Below are positions 19,602-30,275 of a DNA stretch of 64,000 nt, piece after piece. The position numbers were made by a program, and so were the translations under genes. Location: contig DHVB01000077.1 in assembly GCA_002412425.1 (NCBI GenBank), positions 22,948-86,947 of the forward strand, in the 5' to 3' direction. The DNA is from Bacteroidales bacterium UBA5219 (GTDB taxonomy: Bacteria; Bacteroidota; Bacteroidia; Bacteroidales; ML635J-15). Numbering within the stretch: position 1 is the stretch's first letter; the number at the start of each line of letters is the position of its first letter. A model generated the notes under the pieces. That model was not told the origin of the DNA. It searched no databases and saw only the letters and a list, made by a program, of their open reading frames with translations.

Positions 19602-20620
19602 AAAAAACAAATTTAATATTACTCATAATAGTTTTAGTTTTAGTTATAGTTACTGCAAGTATATATTTTTTTCAGAACACAAGTAGTCAACCTGCTTACA
19701 GAGATTTTGCAATTAAAGATACTGCAAGCATTGATAAAATTTTTATTGCCGACAAAAACAGCAATACTGTTTTATTAGAAAGAAAAGATGGCTATTGGGA
19801 AGCAAATAAAAGTTTTGTAGCAAGAAGAGATTTGACAAACCTATTGTTAGAAACTTTTTACAGAATTGAAGTTAGTTCGCCTGTTCCTAATTCAAAATTA
19901 GACAAAGTTTTAAAAGACTTATCAGTTAGTGGTGTTAAATGTGAAATATATCAAAATGGAAAACTTTCAAAAACTTACTATATAGGTGGAGTTACAGATG
20001 ACAACATTGGCTCATACATGATTATGGAAGGCTCTGACCAGCCGTTTATTGTGAGAATTCCTGGATTTAACGGTTTCTTAAATGTAAGATATAATACTAA
20101 CCCAAACGAATGGAAAGAAAAACTTATTTTTAATTACAAAGTACAGGACATTGCCAAAGTTACAGTAGAATATTCAAATTCGCCTGATGAATCTTTTATT
20201 GCAATTAGTAAAGGTAATAATGAATTTGATTTAAAAGAAATAAATGGAAGTAAAGTTAAATTCGATTTCGACACAATAAAAGTAAAAACTTATATTTCAT
20301 CATGCAAACTAATTGGCTTCGATGCTTATATTTCTGATTCTTTACAACAAGAAAAATACGACAGCCTTTCGGTTCTTCCATTTGTGGCAAAATACACCAT
20401 TGAAGACATTCATGGAAACGCAAAAAGTTTTAAAACATATCTAAGACAAAATATAACAAAACTTTTAGATGACGAAGGAAACTTATACGAATGGGACATA
20501 GATTATTTATATGGAATCCTTGATGATAAAACTGTTGTTTTATTACAATATTATGTTATAGACCCCATAGCAACAGGCAAATACGAGTTTATTAAAAACA
20601 CAGAAGAACATGATTATTAA
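19598..20620 (+). CDS. DUF4340-like protein (often follows gldG)
   Basis: N-terminal transmembrane anchor, FAIKDTASIDKIFIAD, IPGFNGFL; ATGA overlap with gldG. Confidence 0.65.
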   Translation: MKKTNLILLIIVLVLVIVTASIYFFQNTSSQPAYRDFAIKDTASIDKIFIADKNSNTVLLERKDGYWEANKSFVARRDLTNLLLETFYRIEVSSPVPNSKLDKVLKDLSVSGVKCEIYQNGKLSKTYYIGGVTDDNIGSYMIMEGSDQPFIVRIPGFNGFLNVRYNTNPNEWKEKLIFNYKVQDIAKVTVEYSNSPDESFIAISKGNNEFDLKEINGSKVKFDFDTIKVKTYISSCKLIGFDAYISDSLQQEKYDSLSVLPFVAKYTIEDIHGNAKSFKTYLRQNITKLLDDEGNLYEWDIDYLYGILDDKTVVLLQYYVIDPIATGKYEFIKNTEEHDY

Positions 20621-20710
20621 AATACTTAACAAAGATTGTTCATAAAAAACTTAGTATTATAAGTAAAAATATAATAAAATATATTAAATTTAACCACAAA
20701 TTAAAATTGA

Positions 20711-21847
20711 ATGAATATGAATTTTGTAGTATCAAGCGCCAACCTTTTAGGACAATTGCAATTAGTAAGCAAAGTTGTTGTTAGCAAAAACGCTCTTCCA
20801 ATTTTGGATAATTTACTTTTTGATATTAAAGACGGTATATTAACAGTTACAGGTAGTGACTTAGAGACTACCATTCAAACTAAAATAGAACTCACTTCAT
20901 GCGAAGGAGAAGGTAGTATTGCTATAGACACTAAAAAAATATTAGAAATTTTAAAAGAATTGCCAGACCAACCATTAACTTTCCAAATTAATGTTGAAGA
21001 ACAAAAAATAGACATTACTTCTTCAAATGGGCAATTCTCTATGACTGGTCAATTAGGTGATGATTTTCCTGTAATTCCTTCTATTAAATCGGAAAAAGAA
21101 AAGAAGTTTGACATAATGCCAGACATTTTATACGGTGGAATATCTTCTACTATTTTTGCAACTGGAGATGACGAACTAAGACCAATTATGAATGGAATTC
21201 TTATTGAATTTAAAAATGATAAAGTAAGTTTCGTTGCAACAGATGCTCATAAGTTAGTAAAATACTCTCGTAAAGAATTAAAAACAGATGAAGAAGTATC
21301 TTTTATATTGCCCAAAAAACCAGCAAATCTTATAAAAGGAATTTTACCTAAAGTTTTTTCTGATGTCGAACTAACTTTTGATGACAAAAATGCTTTATTC
21401 ACTTTTGAAAACACAAAACTAATTTGCCGCTTAATTGAAGGAACTTATCCAAACTATGCTACAGTTATTCCTAAAGATAATCCAAACAAATTAATTGTGG
21501 ATAGATTAGAATTATTTTCTTCTCTAAAAAGAGTTTCGATTTTTGCTAGCCAATCAAGTAGTTTAGTTGGCTTAGAATTTACTGGCAACACTTTAGAAAT
21601 TAGTGCTAAAGACACAGACTATTCTGTTGCAGGTAACGAAACTATAAATTGTCAATATTTTGGTGACAATATGAAAATTGGTTTTAAATCTAACTTCTTA
21701 ATGGAAATACTTAGCAACATTTCAACTCAAGAAGTAATTTTCGAATTATCAGACCCAACACGTGCAGGTATAATTTTACCTAAAGATAACGAAAATGAAA
21801 ACGAAGATGTTTTAATGATATTAATGCCTATGATGCTAAACAATTAA
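20711..21847 (+). CDS. dnaN: DNA polymerase III beta sliding clamp
   Basis: LPILDNLL, GSDLET, DELRPIMNG, VATDAHKL, RLIEGTYPNY, LMPMML. Confidence 0.96.
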   Translation: MNMNFVVSSANLLGQLQLVSKVVVSKNALPILDNLLFDIKDGILTVTGSDLETTIQTKIELTSCEGEGSIAIDTKKILEILKELPDQPLTFQINVEEQKIDITSSNGQFSMTGQLGDDFPVIPSIKSEKEKKFDIMPDILYGGISSTIFATGDDELRPIMNGILIEFKNDKVSFVATDAHKLVKYSRKELKTDEEVSFILPKKPANLIKGILPKVFSDVELTFDDKNALFTFENTKLICRLIEGTYPNYATVIPKDNPNKLIVDRLELFSSLKRVSIFASQSSSLVGLEFTGNTLEISAKDTDYSVAGNETINCQYFGDNMKIGFKSNFLMEILSNISTQEVIFELSDPTRAGIILPKDNENENEDVLMILMPMMLNN

Positions 21848-21868
21848 TTTTCATAACCATAAATAATC

Positions 21869-21890
21869 AGGGGCTTTATGCCCCTTTTTT
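21869..21890 (+). terminator. Intrinsic terminator after dnaN
   Basis: AGGGGC-TTTAT-GCCCCT followed by a T tract. Confidence 0.75.
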
Positions 21891-21912
21891 ATCTCACTAT
21901 ATATTTTATACT

Positions 21913-22683
21913 ATGAATATTAAACTAAAAAAACCGATTGTATTTTTCGATCTCGAAACCACAGGTATTAATCCAGCAACAGATAGAATTGTTGAAATTT
22001 CTATTTTAAAAGTTTTTCCAAACGGAAATGAAACTATTAAAACTTTTTTAATAAACCCAGAAATAAACATACCAAGCGAAGCTAGTGCAATACACGGAAT
22101 CACTAACGATGACGTTAAAGATGCTCCTACTTTTAAAATGTTAGCAAAAGAAATTGTAAGCTTAATGGACGATTCCGACCTTGCTGGTTACAATTCTAAT
22201 AAATTTGACATACCTCTTTTAGCAGAAGAATTATTAAGAGCAGGTTCTGATTTTGACCTAAAAAAGCGAAATTTTATTGACGTAATGGTAATTTTTATGA
22301 AAAAAGAACCTAGAAATTTAGAAGCTGCCTACAAATTTTATTGCAATAAAGAACTCGAAAATGCTCACTCAGCTGAAGCCGATATAAAAGCAACTTATGA
22401 AGTTTTTAAAGCACAAACCCACCATTACGACGATCTAAATACTGATGTAGAAAGCATTTCAAAATATTCATCTCAAAATAAATATGTTGACTTTGCCGGA
22501 CGATTAATACGCGATGAAAACGACAATGTTATTATAAATTTTGGAAAACATAAGGGAAAAAACATAAATCATGTTTTTGAAAAAGATACTGCTTATTACG
22601 ATTGGATTCAAAAAAATGACTTCCCACTTTATACAAAAAAAATGTTTACAGAATTGTACATTAAATTTAAACAAAACAAATAA
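21913..22683 (+). CDS. DEDDh 3'-5' exonuclease (DnaQ/PolC-like)
   Basis: FFDLETTG, GYNSNKFD, AHSAEAD, C-terminal NFGKHKG. Confidence 0.9.
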   Translation: MNIKLKKPIVFFDLETTGINPATDRIVEISILKVFPNGNETIKTFLINPEINIPSEASAIHGITNDDVKDAPTFKMLAKEIVSLMDDSDLAGYNSNKFDIPLLAEELLRAGSDFDLKKRNFIDVMVIFMKKEPRNLEAAYKFYCNKELENAHSAEADIKATYEVFKAQTHHYDDLNTDVESISKYSSQNKYVDFAGRLIRDENDNVIINFGKHKGKNINHVFEKDTAYYDWIQKNDFPLYTKKMFTELYIKFKQNK

Positions 22684-22702
22684 AATATTAAACTTAGCTC
22701 AT

Positions 22703-23788
22703 ATGCAACGTTACATTAGTGTTTTACTCCTAATTTTTATAACAAATCTAAGTTTTGCTCAAAATCACCAAACCCCAGATTGGTTGCAAGACTTGCCTTA
22801 TAACACAAGTGAATATATCTATGCCATTGGTTTTAGCGATCCAAAAATGAGCGACAGTATCTTAGCAAAAAACTTAGCTTTAAACAGAGCTTTGGCAATT
22901 GCTGTTATGGTAAACCAATCACAAGTTTCGTATGCCTCAGATTTTTATGAAGCAAAATCAGAAGAACACAGATGGTATATTACAAAAGAATCATTTGAAG
23001 AATTTGGAAAAATTAAAGCAAGTGCATATGTTAATAATAATTACGAAATTGTAAAATCAGAAACTAATAGTAACGGTGAGTTAATAATACTATTAAAGTT
23101 TTTCCCCTCTCAAGAAAAAGGTGTAGAACATAATTTTAATATAGAAATTGAATATTATAGTCAAGTTTTTGAATTAAGTAATACAAGAGCACTTGAACAT
23201 TTTAGGAATATAATGTTAAATACTTGTTGGACAAACTTAAAAACAAAAGATAGCCTTAAAACTTATTACGAACTTTCTAATTACAATAATTACATAAATA
23301 TAAAAGAATCCTATGGCACACTAGAAATAGAGGCTCCTAGATTTCATTATAATTACAAACCTAGTTTAGCAAATAAAATTGATTTTAAAGATTTTAGTTC
23401 TTACTCTCCTTTGCAAAAAGGACTTTGGCAATCATATTTAGACTCATACACTCAAAGTATATTTAACATTAATAAAAACCATTCCTCCAAAATAGGCACT
23501 ATCCAAGACGAATTTAAAAGAAGCAAAAACACATATGATTCTCAACAAGGGCAAGGGCAAAAAACAGAAAGTTTAACTAGAAACACTTTAAGGAATACTC
23601 TAAATTTTGAACTTGGCGGGATAGAAATATACAACAACTATTTATATAACAGAGTGTATTTACAAAATAAAAGACCATCATATAGTAATGTAAATTCTTC
23701 CCAAATTAAAAACGAAAATAGCAACAATGCAAAAGATAAAAAATCAAAAGAATGGTTTTTTAAAAGATGGTTTAAGAAAAAATCATAA
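22703..23788 (+). CDS. Secreted hypothetical protein
   Basis: ATG at 22703 gives a signal peptide (MQRYISVLLLIFITNLSFAQ). The upstream start in the ORF track overlaps the exonuclease gene. Confidence 0.7.
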   Translation: MQRYISVLLLIFITNLSFAQNHQTPDWLQDLPYNTSEYIYAIGFSDPKMSDSILAKNLALNRALAIAVMVNQSQVSYASDFYEAKSEEHRWYITKESFEEFGKIKASAYVNNNYEIVKSETNSNGELIILLKFFPSQEKGVEHNFNIEIEYYSQVFELSNTRALEHFRNIMLNTCWTNLKTKDSLKTYYELSNYNNYINIKESYGTLEIEAPRFHYNYKPSLANKIDFKDFSSYSPLQKGLWQSYLDSYTQSIFNINKNHSSKIGTIQDEFKRSKNTYDSQQGQGQKTESLTRNTLRNTLNFELGGIEIYNNYLYNRVYLQNKRPSYSNVNSSQIKNENSNNAKDKKSKEWFFKRWFKKKS

Positions 23789-23842
23789 GTCTCCGCCCCA
23801 TTAAACAAAAATAATAACAACTGTGATAAATTAATATCAAAG

Positions 23843-23880
23843 TTTAGAAGCAATATCTTTTAGTTAGATATTTTCTAAAC
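23843..23880. terminator. AT-rich hairpin between convergent genes
   Basis: GTTTAGAA..AATATCT / AGATATT..TTCTAAAC imperfect inverted repeat. Confidence 0.45.
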
Positions 23881-23917
23881 TATAATTAAAAACAAATAAT
23901 CTAAATTAATTTAACAC

Positions 23918-24217
23918 TTAATTTTCTTCCTCTGTTTCTAAATCTTGTTCTTCAAAATATTCGGGTTTCTGTTCTTTAATATAACTCAAAGCCTGCTCAT
24001 ATCCTTCTATAAATTTACCAAAATCTTCCTTATATAAAAAGATTTTATGTTTCTGAAAATGAGAGTTCCCGTCATTACCAAACACTTTTTTACTCTCCGT
24101 AATTGTAAGATACAAATCATCTTGACGTGTTGATTTTATGTCAAAAAAATATGTTCTCCTCCCTGCACGAACCGAAACAGAATAAATTTCATCTCTTTTT
24201 TTCTCATTACTTTCCAT
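23918..24217 (-). CDS. DUF3276 / PUR-family DNA/RNA-binding protein
   Basis: SVRAGRRTYFFDIK, YLTITESKK, HKIFLYKEDF; divergent from nusB as commonly seen in Bacteroidota. Confidence 0.88.
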   Translation of the reverse strand: MESNEKKRDEIYSVSVRAGRRTYFFDIKSTRQDDLYLTITESKKVFGNDGNSHFQKHKIFLYKEDFGKFIEGYEQALSYIKEQKPEYFEEQDLETEEEN

Positions 24218-24354
24218 ACAAATCAGTTTTATTATTTATACAAATATATTAAATTTTTTAAAAAAACAAGAAATTATGAATATTTTTTTCCCAGTTAAAA
24301 AGTTTTATCCCTAATATTTATTATTTTTGCCTAAAATTTAAAAAGTACTTTAAA

Positions 24355-25302
24355 ATGATTAGTCGCAGATTGATTAGAATAAAAGCAATGCAAACTTATT
24401 ATTCGTTTTTGCAAGATTCAGATTCCCAAAATTTAAACTCATTACAAAGAGAATTAGAATACAACATCAAACAATCTTACTCCTTATTTATCCAACTACA
24501 CTGCTTGCTAATAAACATTGCTGACTATGCTACTGAAAGGATTGAGATTGCTAAAAACAAACATATTAAGTCAGAAGCCGATTTGAATCCCAATACAAAA
24601 TTTATAAATAATATAATTATAAATAATTTACACAAAGCTGATCAAGTAGAAAAAACTCTTAGAGATAAAACTTTTTCATGGAATGAAAATCCACATTTCA
24701 TTAAAAACCTGTACGCAAAAATAATTTCTTCCCAATATTACATAGACTACATGAATAATGACGAAAGAAGTTATAAAGAAGATCTTAATATTATTAATAA
24801 AATTATCACAAAAATAATAATAGTTGATCCATTAATTAATGAAATTATTGAAGAGCATAGCATATATTGGAACGATGATCTTGAATTTTTAGCTAGTAAT
24901 CTCATTGCAAATTTAAAAAAACATGATATAAAAACCATAGAAAATTATAAACTTCCACCAATATTCAAAAACCAAGAAGATGAAGATTTTGCTAATAAAC
25001 TCATTAAAACAACAGCACTACATAGCTCTAACTATGATGAAATAATTCAACAAGCTTTAGAAAAATGGGAATTAGAAAGAATTGCACTTTTAGACAGAGT
25101 TCTTTTACATTTAGCATTAGCCGAAATTATGGAATTTCCAAACTTACCAGCTAAAGTAAGCATTAACGAATATATTGAAATTTCTAAATTTTATAGCACT
25201 AGTAAAAGTAGTGTTTTTATTAATGGAGTTTTAGATAAAATATATTTAGAACTAAAAAGTTCGGGAAAACTAAATAAAAGTGGTTTAGGTTTAGTTGAAT
25301 AA
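24355..25302 (+). CDS. nusB: Transcription antitermination factor NusB
   Basis: MISRRLIRIKAMQ, WELERIALLD, VSINEYIEISKFYS, FINGVLD. Confidence 0.93.
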   Translation: MISRRLIRIKAMQTYYSFLQDSDSQNLNSLQRELEYNIKQSYSLFIQLHCLLINIADYATERIEIAKNKHIKSEADLNPNTKFINNIIINNLHKADQVEKTLRDKTFSWNENPHFIKNLYAKIISSQYYIDYMNNDERSYKEDLNIINKIITKIIIVDPLINEIIEEHSIYWNDDLEFLASNLIANLKKHDIKTIENYKLPPIFKNQEDEDFANKLIKTTALHSSNYDEIIQQALEKWELERIALLDRVLLHLALAEIMEFPNLPAKVSINEYIEISKFYSTSKSSVFINGVLDKIYLELKSSGKLNKSGLGLVE

Positions 25303-25383
25303 GATTTTAAATTCCAAAAATATAGTTAAAATAAATGAAAGTTAATTTATTTTATTAACTTTGCACACTATTATTTTAGACTT

Positions 25384-25836
25384 ATGAAAGCCAATATATT
25401 AATAATATTAAGTTTAGTTGTACTGAGTTTAGTTGCATGCAATAATAAAAACAGCAAAAAAACTGGTGGTGAATATAATATTATAAACACTGAATCTGCT
25501 GATGGCAATACCAATAGCAACTTACTACCTATAATAAAATTTGATGAATTGGAATTTAATCTTGGTACAGTAATTCAAGGAGAAGTTGTTTCGCACACTT
25601 TTTATTTTACCAATACAGGAAAAGGTAATTTAATAATATCAAATGTAAAAGCTTCTTGTGGTTGCACTGTCCCAAAGTGGTCAAAAGAGCCTATTAAACC
25701 TAATGCTGAAGGAAGTGTTGAACTTGTTTTTGACACTGCAAACAGAGAAGGAAAACAAATTAAATCGGCAAAAGTATATTCTAATACTGAGCCAAATACA
25801 ACAGAATTAATAATTAGATGTGAAATAATAAAATAA
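25384..25836 (+). CDS. DUF1573 lipoprotein
   Basis: LVAC lipobox and FTNTG...ASCGCTVP motif. Confidence 0.88.
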   Translation: MKANILIILSLVVLSLVACNNKNSKKTGGEYNIINTESADGNTNSNLLPIIKFDELEFNLGTVIQGEVVSHTFYFTNTGKGNLIISNVKASCGCTVPKWSKEPIKPNAEGSVELVFDTANREGKQIKSAKVYSNTEPNTTELIIRCEIIK

Positions 25837-25864
25837 ATAATTAATAACTTAAAAAATTAAAACT

Positions 25865-26176
25865 ATGAATACTATTTTTTTACAAGCGAGCCAACAACAA
25901 AATCCATATATGACTCCTATATTTCTCGTTCTTTTAATTGTTGTCTTTTACTTTTTTATGATACGCCCACAAATGAAAAGACAAAAAGAAATGAGAAAAT
26001 TTAGAGAAGGATTACAAAAAGGTGATAAAGTAATTACCGCAGGTGGAATTTATGGAAAAATCGTTGAAGTTCAAGACAATTACTTATTTGTAGAAATTGA
26101 TACTAACGTTAAAATTAAAGTTGACAAAGGTTCTGTAGTTGCTTCTCCAGAAGACATTCAACAACAGCAAAAATAA
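25865..26176 (+). CDS. yajC: Preprotein translocase subunit YajC
   Basis: FYFFMIRPQMKRQK, GDKVITAGGIYGKI. Confidence 0.95.
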   Translation: MNTIFLQASQQQNPYMTPIFLVLLIVVFYFFMIRPQMKRQKEMRKFREGLQKGDKVITAGGIYGKIVEVQDNYLFVEIDTNVKIKVDKGSVVASPEDIQQQQK

Positions 26177-26185
26177 TTGTACTTG

Positions 26186-26671
26186 ATGGAAGAAGTAGCT
26201 GATAAACTCAAAAATAAAGGTGGATTTATTTCTAAAAAATTTAAAAATCCAAATGTTTTTGTTTTTTTATTATTTGTACTTATTTCAACAGCTTTATGGT
26301 TTCTAAACTACATAAACAAAGAACATTCTACTACAATTAAAGTAGCATATCAATTTAACAACCTTCCAAACAATATTGTTTTAAGTCAAGAAAATCCGAA
26401 AGAATTAAATATTAAAATAAAGGGATACGGCTATAATCTTATAAAAGAGAATTTTAAAAGAAAACAAGTAGCTGTTAAAATAGATTTTGCGCAAGACAAT
26501 AAACAACTCAAGCTAAATAAGCTACCAAAGAATAAAAACAAAAAATTTATCCTTAGCTCTGAATTGAGTTCATTTTTCAGTAATAAATTTGACGAAAGCT
26601 TAACCATTATAGACATTTCTCCTGACACCATATTTTTCGAAAACGTCCCAACACAATCAAGATCTAAATAA
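26186..26671 (+). CDS. YbbR/CdaR-like protein, short form
   Basis: FLLFVLISTALWFL transmembrane segment, ISPDT motif, position between yajC and coaE. ATG at 26186. Confidence 0.65.
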   Translation: MEEVADKLKNKGGFISKKFKNPNVFVFLLFVLISTALWFLNYINKEHSTTIKVAYQFNNLPNNIVLSQENPKELNIKIKGYGYNLIKENFKRKQVAVKIDFAQDNKQLKLNKLPKNKNKKFILSSELSSFFSNKFDESLTIIDISPDTIFFENVPTQSRSK

Positions 26672-26695
26672 AACTTTTGTATTTTTACGCAAGGC

Positions 26696-27292
26696 ATGAT
26701 TAAAATAGGCATAACAGGTTTAATAGGTTCTGGCAAAACAACTATTTCACAAATTTTTGAAATACTTGAAATACCAATTTATAACACCGATTTGCGAGCA
26801 AAAGAATTAATGCACGAAGACTACGAAATTAAAGAAAAAATTATTCAAAATTTTGGCTCAAACTCCTATATTGATAATAGTTTAAACAAAGAATATATTT
26901 CTAAAATAATTTTCTCAGACAACAATGCTAGAAACATAATTAATTCTATAGTCCACCCAAAAGTTATTGATGATTTTAAAAATTGGTTAATTGAAAAAAA
27001 TAATGAAAATTACAAAATAGCTGGTATTGAGTCAGCTTTACTTTACCAAGCTAATATTCACAAAATTTTAGATTACATCATTTTAGTAAGCAGTAATGAC
27101 GATACTTTAAGTAACAGAATAATGAAACGTGATAATATTTCTCAAAAACAAGCATTATTAAAAATTAAAACACAAAAAGCTGAACTAGTACAAAACTATA
27201 AAGTTGATTATGAAATAAAAAACGACAAAACTGAGTCTATTTTATTACAGACTTTAAATATTTTAAACAAATTAGATTTAGCTACTAAATAA
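26696..27292 (+). CDS. coaE: Dephospho-CoA kinase
   Basis: IGITGLIGSGKTT P-loop, INSIVHPKV, ESALL, RIMKRD. Confidence 0.93.
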   Translation: MIKIGITGLIGSGKTTISQIFEILEIPIYNTDLRAKELMHEDYEIKEKIIQNFGSNSYIDNSLNKEYISKIIFSDNNARNIINSIVHPKVIDDFKNWLIEKNNENYKIAGIESALLYQANIHKILDYIILVSSNDDTLSNRIMKRDNISQKQALLKIKTQKAELVQNYKVDYEIKNDKTESILLQTLNILNKLDLATK

Positions 27293-28021
27293 ATGAGTGG
27301 AATGTTTAAATATATAGGTGGATTTTTGGGCTGGTTATTTGGCGGATGTATTGGTGGAGTAATCGGTTTTTTTATTGGTTTTTTTATTGACTCAATAAGT
27401 GTCAACAAATCTCACTTCCAAGAGATGCCCCAAAGCTCATACAGAAATGATTTCATATTAAGTCTTTTAACCTTAACTGCTGCAATTATGAAAGCAGATG
27501 GTGTAGTTAAAAAGTCAGAATTAGAATATGTAAAACAATTTTTAAGAGCAAATTTTGGAGTTCAACAAACTAAAGAAGCTTTACAAACATTAAAAGAATT
27601 ATTAGATTCCAACATTGATTTAGATAATGTTTGCACCAAGATACAATACAGTATGCAACATGCTACTAAATTGCAAATACTTCACTACCTTTTTGGCATT
27701 GCTAATGCTGATGGCATACTTCATAAAAATGAAATATACTTATTAGAACAAATTGCTTTAAAAATTGGACTTTCAACTAGCGATTTCAATTCAATAAAAT
27801 CAATGTTTATTGAAGACACTGATTCGGCTTATAGTATTTTAGGGGTTTCTAAATCTGCTAGCGACGAAGAATTGAAAAAAGCATACAGAGCAATGGCTAT
27901 ACAACATCACCCCGACAAAGTTGCAAATTTAGGCGAAGATGTGCAAAATGCAGCTAAACAAAAATTCCAAAAAATAAATGAAGCCTGGGAAAAAATAAAA
28001 AAAGAAAGAGGAATAAAATAG
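27293..28021 (+). CDS. djlA: TerB + DnaJ domain co-chaperone (DjlA-like)
   Basis: Gly-rich N-terminal transmembrane segment, MKADG TerB motif, J-domain HHPDKV. Confidence 0.85.
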   Translation: MSGMFKYIGGFLGWLFGGCIGGVIGFFIGFFIDSISVNKSHFQEMPQSSYRNDFILSLLTLTAAIMKADGVVKKSELEYVKQFLRANFGVQQTKEALQTLKELLDSNIDLDNVCTKIQYSMQHATKLQILHYLFGIANADGILHKNEIYLLEQIALKIGLSTSDFNSIKSMFIEDTDSAYSILGVSKSASDEELKKAYRAMAIQHHPDKVANLGEDVQNAAKQKFQKINEAWEKIKKERGIK

Positions 28022-28034
28022 AATTTTACAAATT

Positions 28035-30119
28035 TTATCTCTCTGATTTAACAAGTTTTATAACCTTATTTTCATTTTCAGATTCTATTTTTAAAAAGTA
28101 AATACCCGCAGGAATATCTTTTACAAGTGATGAAATATCTATAAAATCAGAACTATATTGTTTTCCAACTATTAACCTACCAGTATAGTCACTAATTTCA
28201 ATTTTTAACAAATTATTATAATCGGAATTTTGAATATAAAGTTCATTTACAAAAGGATTTGGATAAACTTGAACGTTCAAATTACTCGAAATTTCAGGAC
28301 TTAACACCGGTGCCTGTTCAATTTTCACATCATCAATATACATAGTTTTTCCATCTCCAGCAACTGATTCAATTATTAAACGCAAATTATTAGTTTTCAA
28401 TCTGTTTTTATTTATTAAAAAACTGTGAGTTTTCCAATCTTCTTCAGCAGGCACATATCCACCATACGAAGAAACATAAGTAGATGTTAATGTAGATCCT
28501 GTAAAAAGATAAACAAGTTGTTTAGAATCTCCACAATGCGTACTAGTATAAAAGTAAAGATTATCGGGATTATTTCCATTAATTCGTCCATAAGCACATT
28601 TAAAACTAACTCTTAAATTTTCACTTGTATCTTCTATATATATATTTGGAAGATGCACTCTATTTCTAGTATCTGAGTCCTTATTTCTATTAGAAATTCT
28701 CAATGATTTATTTCCAGAAAAGCTATAGTTTGCTCTTTCCCAATGGGAATTTCCTGCATTTTCAAATATGAAGTCATTAAAATACTCACCTTCTACTAAT
28801 GGAAAAACAGAAGATTCAAAACTTTCGGTATAAGGCAAAGTTTTACCATGTTCGGGTTTATATACTTTAATGTAGTTTTCTCTTAGTTTAGTATCGCTAC
28901 CACTTTCATTTTCAACAGTTAACGAAACGTCAAAAACTCCAGGTTCGTTATAAACAACATGAGGATTTGCTTCATTTGAAAAACTTGGGCTTGCATTTTC
29001 CATATTCCAGCTATAAGTTCCTATAAAATCAGTATTATGGGACAAATCGTTATATACAACTGTTGTGCCTGTACATGTCATAGTTGTTTGTGTCATAAAA
29101 TCAGAAATTGGTTCACAAATTTGTGGAACATAACCATCGTTAGTTCCTGTTGCAATTAAATTTGACTGAGTTTTTAGATTATTTCTATCTCCCACCCAAT
29201 AATTTAAAGTTGCACGCATTACATCAGCTTGTCCTTTTGTAAACATTTTATAGCAATAAGAATATTCCATAAAATTTTGCACATTGTCTAAACTACCGCA
29301 AGTTACGGCTTCGAGATTACAAGAAGTGTGCCCTATAGTATTTGGGGTATCGTCAATTCCATCGTCATCATAACAATTATCTGCTAAACCTGGTTCATTT
29401 GAATTTCCCCAAGTATGAGGCAGGTTTAAATAATGTCCTGCTTCGTGAGTCAAAACACTTCCATGCCCATTATTACTTGTACCACTTACCCCCACATAAT
29501 TATGTAATAAAATTATTCCATCACTTCCATCGGGAGCTGTTCCTGGATAATAAGACCACCCAGCAGCTCCATGTCCAAGAACTTTTACTGTCCATATATT
29601 CAAATATTTGTCGGGAGGCCATGTTGGCGAAGCTTCCTTAGCTGCTTCATAACCAGCACTAGTAGCTTCAGAAGCAGTTCTAACCACACCAATAGTACAA
29701 TTTCCCCAAGGGTCAATTCTTGCCAAACGAAATTCTATTTTAACATCAGCAGCAATTCCTTTAAAAGCAGGATGAATAGAAGCGGTATCTGAACGCATTT
29801 TTCTATAATCTTTATTCATTTGCTCAACAGCTCCAAGAATTTGTTCGTAAGAAATATTTTCTTCCCCATAATTATGAACTACATGAAAAACCACAGGAAT
29901 AACATAAACTTCTTCTCTATCAGATTTAGGATTATTTTTAATATACTCTTTCACAAATTCATTAAGATACTGACGCTGATACAACAAGTTTGGATTTTCA
30001 TCAACAAGTTTCCAATATATTTGATCAGTTAAACAATGCCAAGTCTCTTCTTCTTTTTCTTGTGAAAATAAATTGGTAAAAAGTCCTAAAACTATAAGTA
30101 GTGTTAAAAAATATTTCAT
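28035..30119 (-). CDS. M43 zinc metalloprotease (ulilysin/pappalysin-like) with PKD and T9SS C-terminal domain
   Basis: IPVVFHVVH, HEAGHYLNLPHTW, QNFMEYS Met-turn, PKD segment, VYPNP...GIYFLKI...KLVK sorting signal. Confidence 0.9.
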   Translation of the reverse strand: MKYFLTLLIVLGLFTNLFSQEKEEETWHCLTDQIYWKLVDENPNLLYQRQYLNEFVKEYIKNNPKSDREEVYVIPVVFHVVHNYGEENISYEQILGAVEQMNKDYRKMRSDTASIHPAFKGIAADVKIEFRLARIDPWGNCTIGVVRTASEATSAGYEAAKEASPTWPPDKYLNIWTVKVLGHGAAGWSYYPGTAPDGSDGIILLHNYVGVSGTSNNGHGSVLTHEAGHYLNLPHTWGNSNEPGLADNCYDDDGIDDTPNTIGHTSCNLEAVTCGSLDNVQNFMEYSYCYKMFTKGQADVMRATLNYWVGDRNNLKTQSNLIATGTNDGYVPQICEPISDFMTQTTMTCTGTTVVYNDLSHNTDFIGTYSWNMENASPSFSNEANPHVVYNEPGVFDVSLTVENESGSDTKLRENYIKVYKPEHGKTLPYTESFESSVFPLVEGEYFNDFIFENAGNSHWERANYSFSGNKSLRISNRNKDSDTRNRVHLPNIYIEDTSENLRVSFKCAYGRINGNNPDNLYFYTSTHCGDSKQLVYLFTGSTLTSTYVSSYGGYVPAEEDWKTHSFLINKNRLKTNNLRLIIESVAGDGKTMYIDDVKIEQAPVLSPEISSNLNVQVYPNPFVNELYIQNSDYNNLLKIEISDYTGRLIVGKQYSSDFIDISSLVKDIPAGIYFLKIESENENKVIKLVKSER

Positions 30120-30275
30120 TTTAAAAATTATTAAAATTTACATATTACAAATTTACTACAAAAAAATAAATATAATTTAAGTTTCTACTTATTTTAGTAA
30201 ATATTTAACTTTTGCAAACATTTTAGTTTAAGGTTTTATACTAATTTTAATAACTTTGCAATTATTTTAAAAACT

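Noticed and set aside
20711-21847. Replication origin near dnaN
   Set aside because: No dnaA or DnaA-box cluster seen, and dnaN is normally unlinked from dnaA in Bacteroidota.
22571-22702. N-terminal extension of the 405-aa ORF
   Set aside because: It overlaps the exonuclease gene; the ATG at 22703 gives a proper signal peptide.
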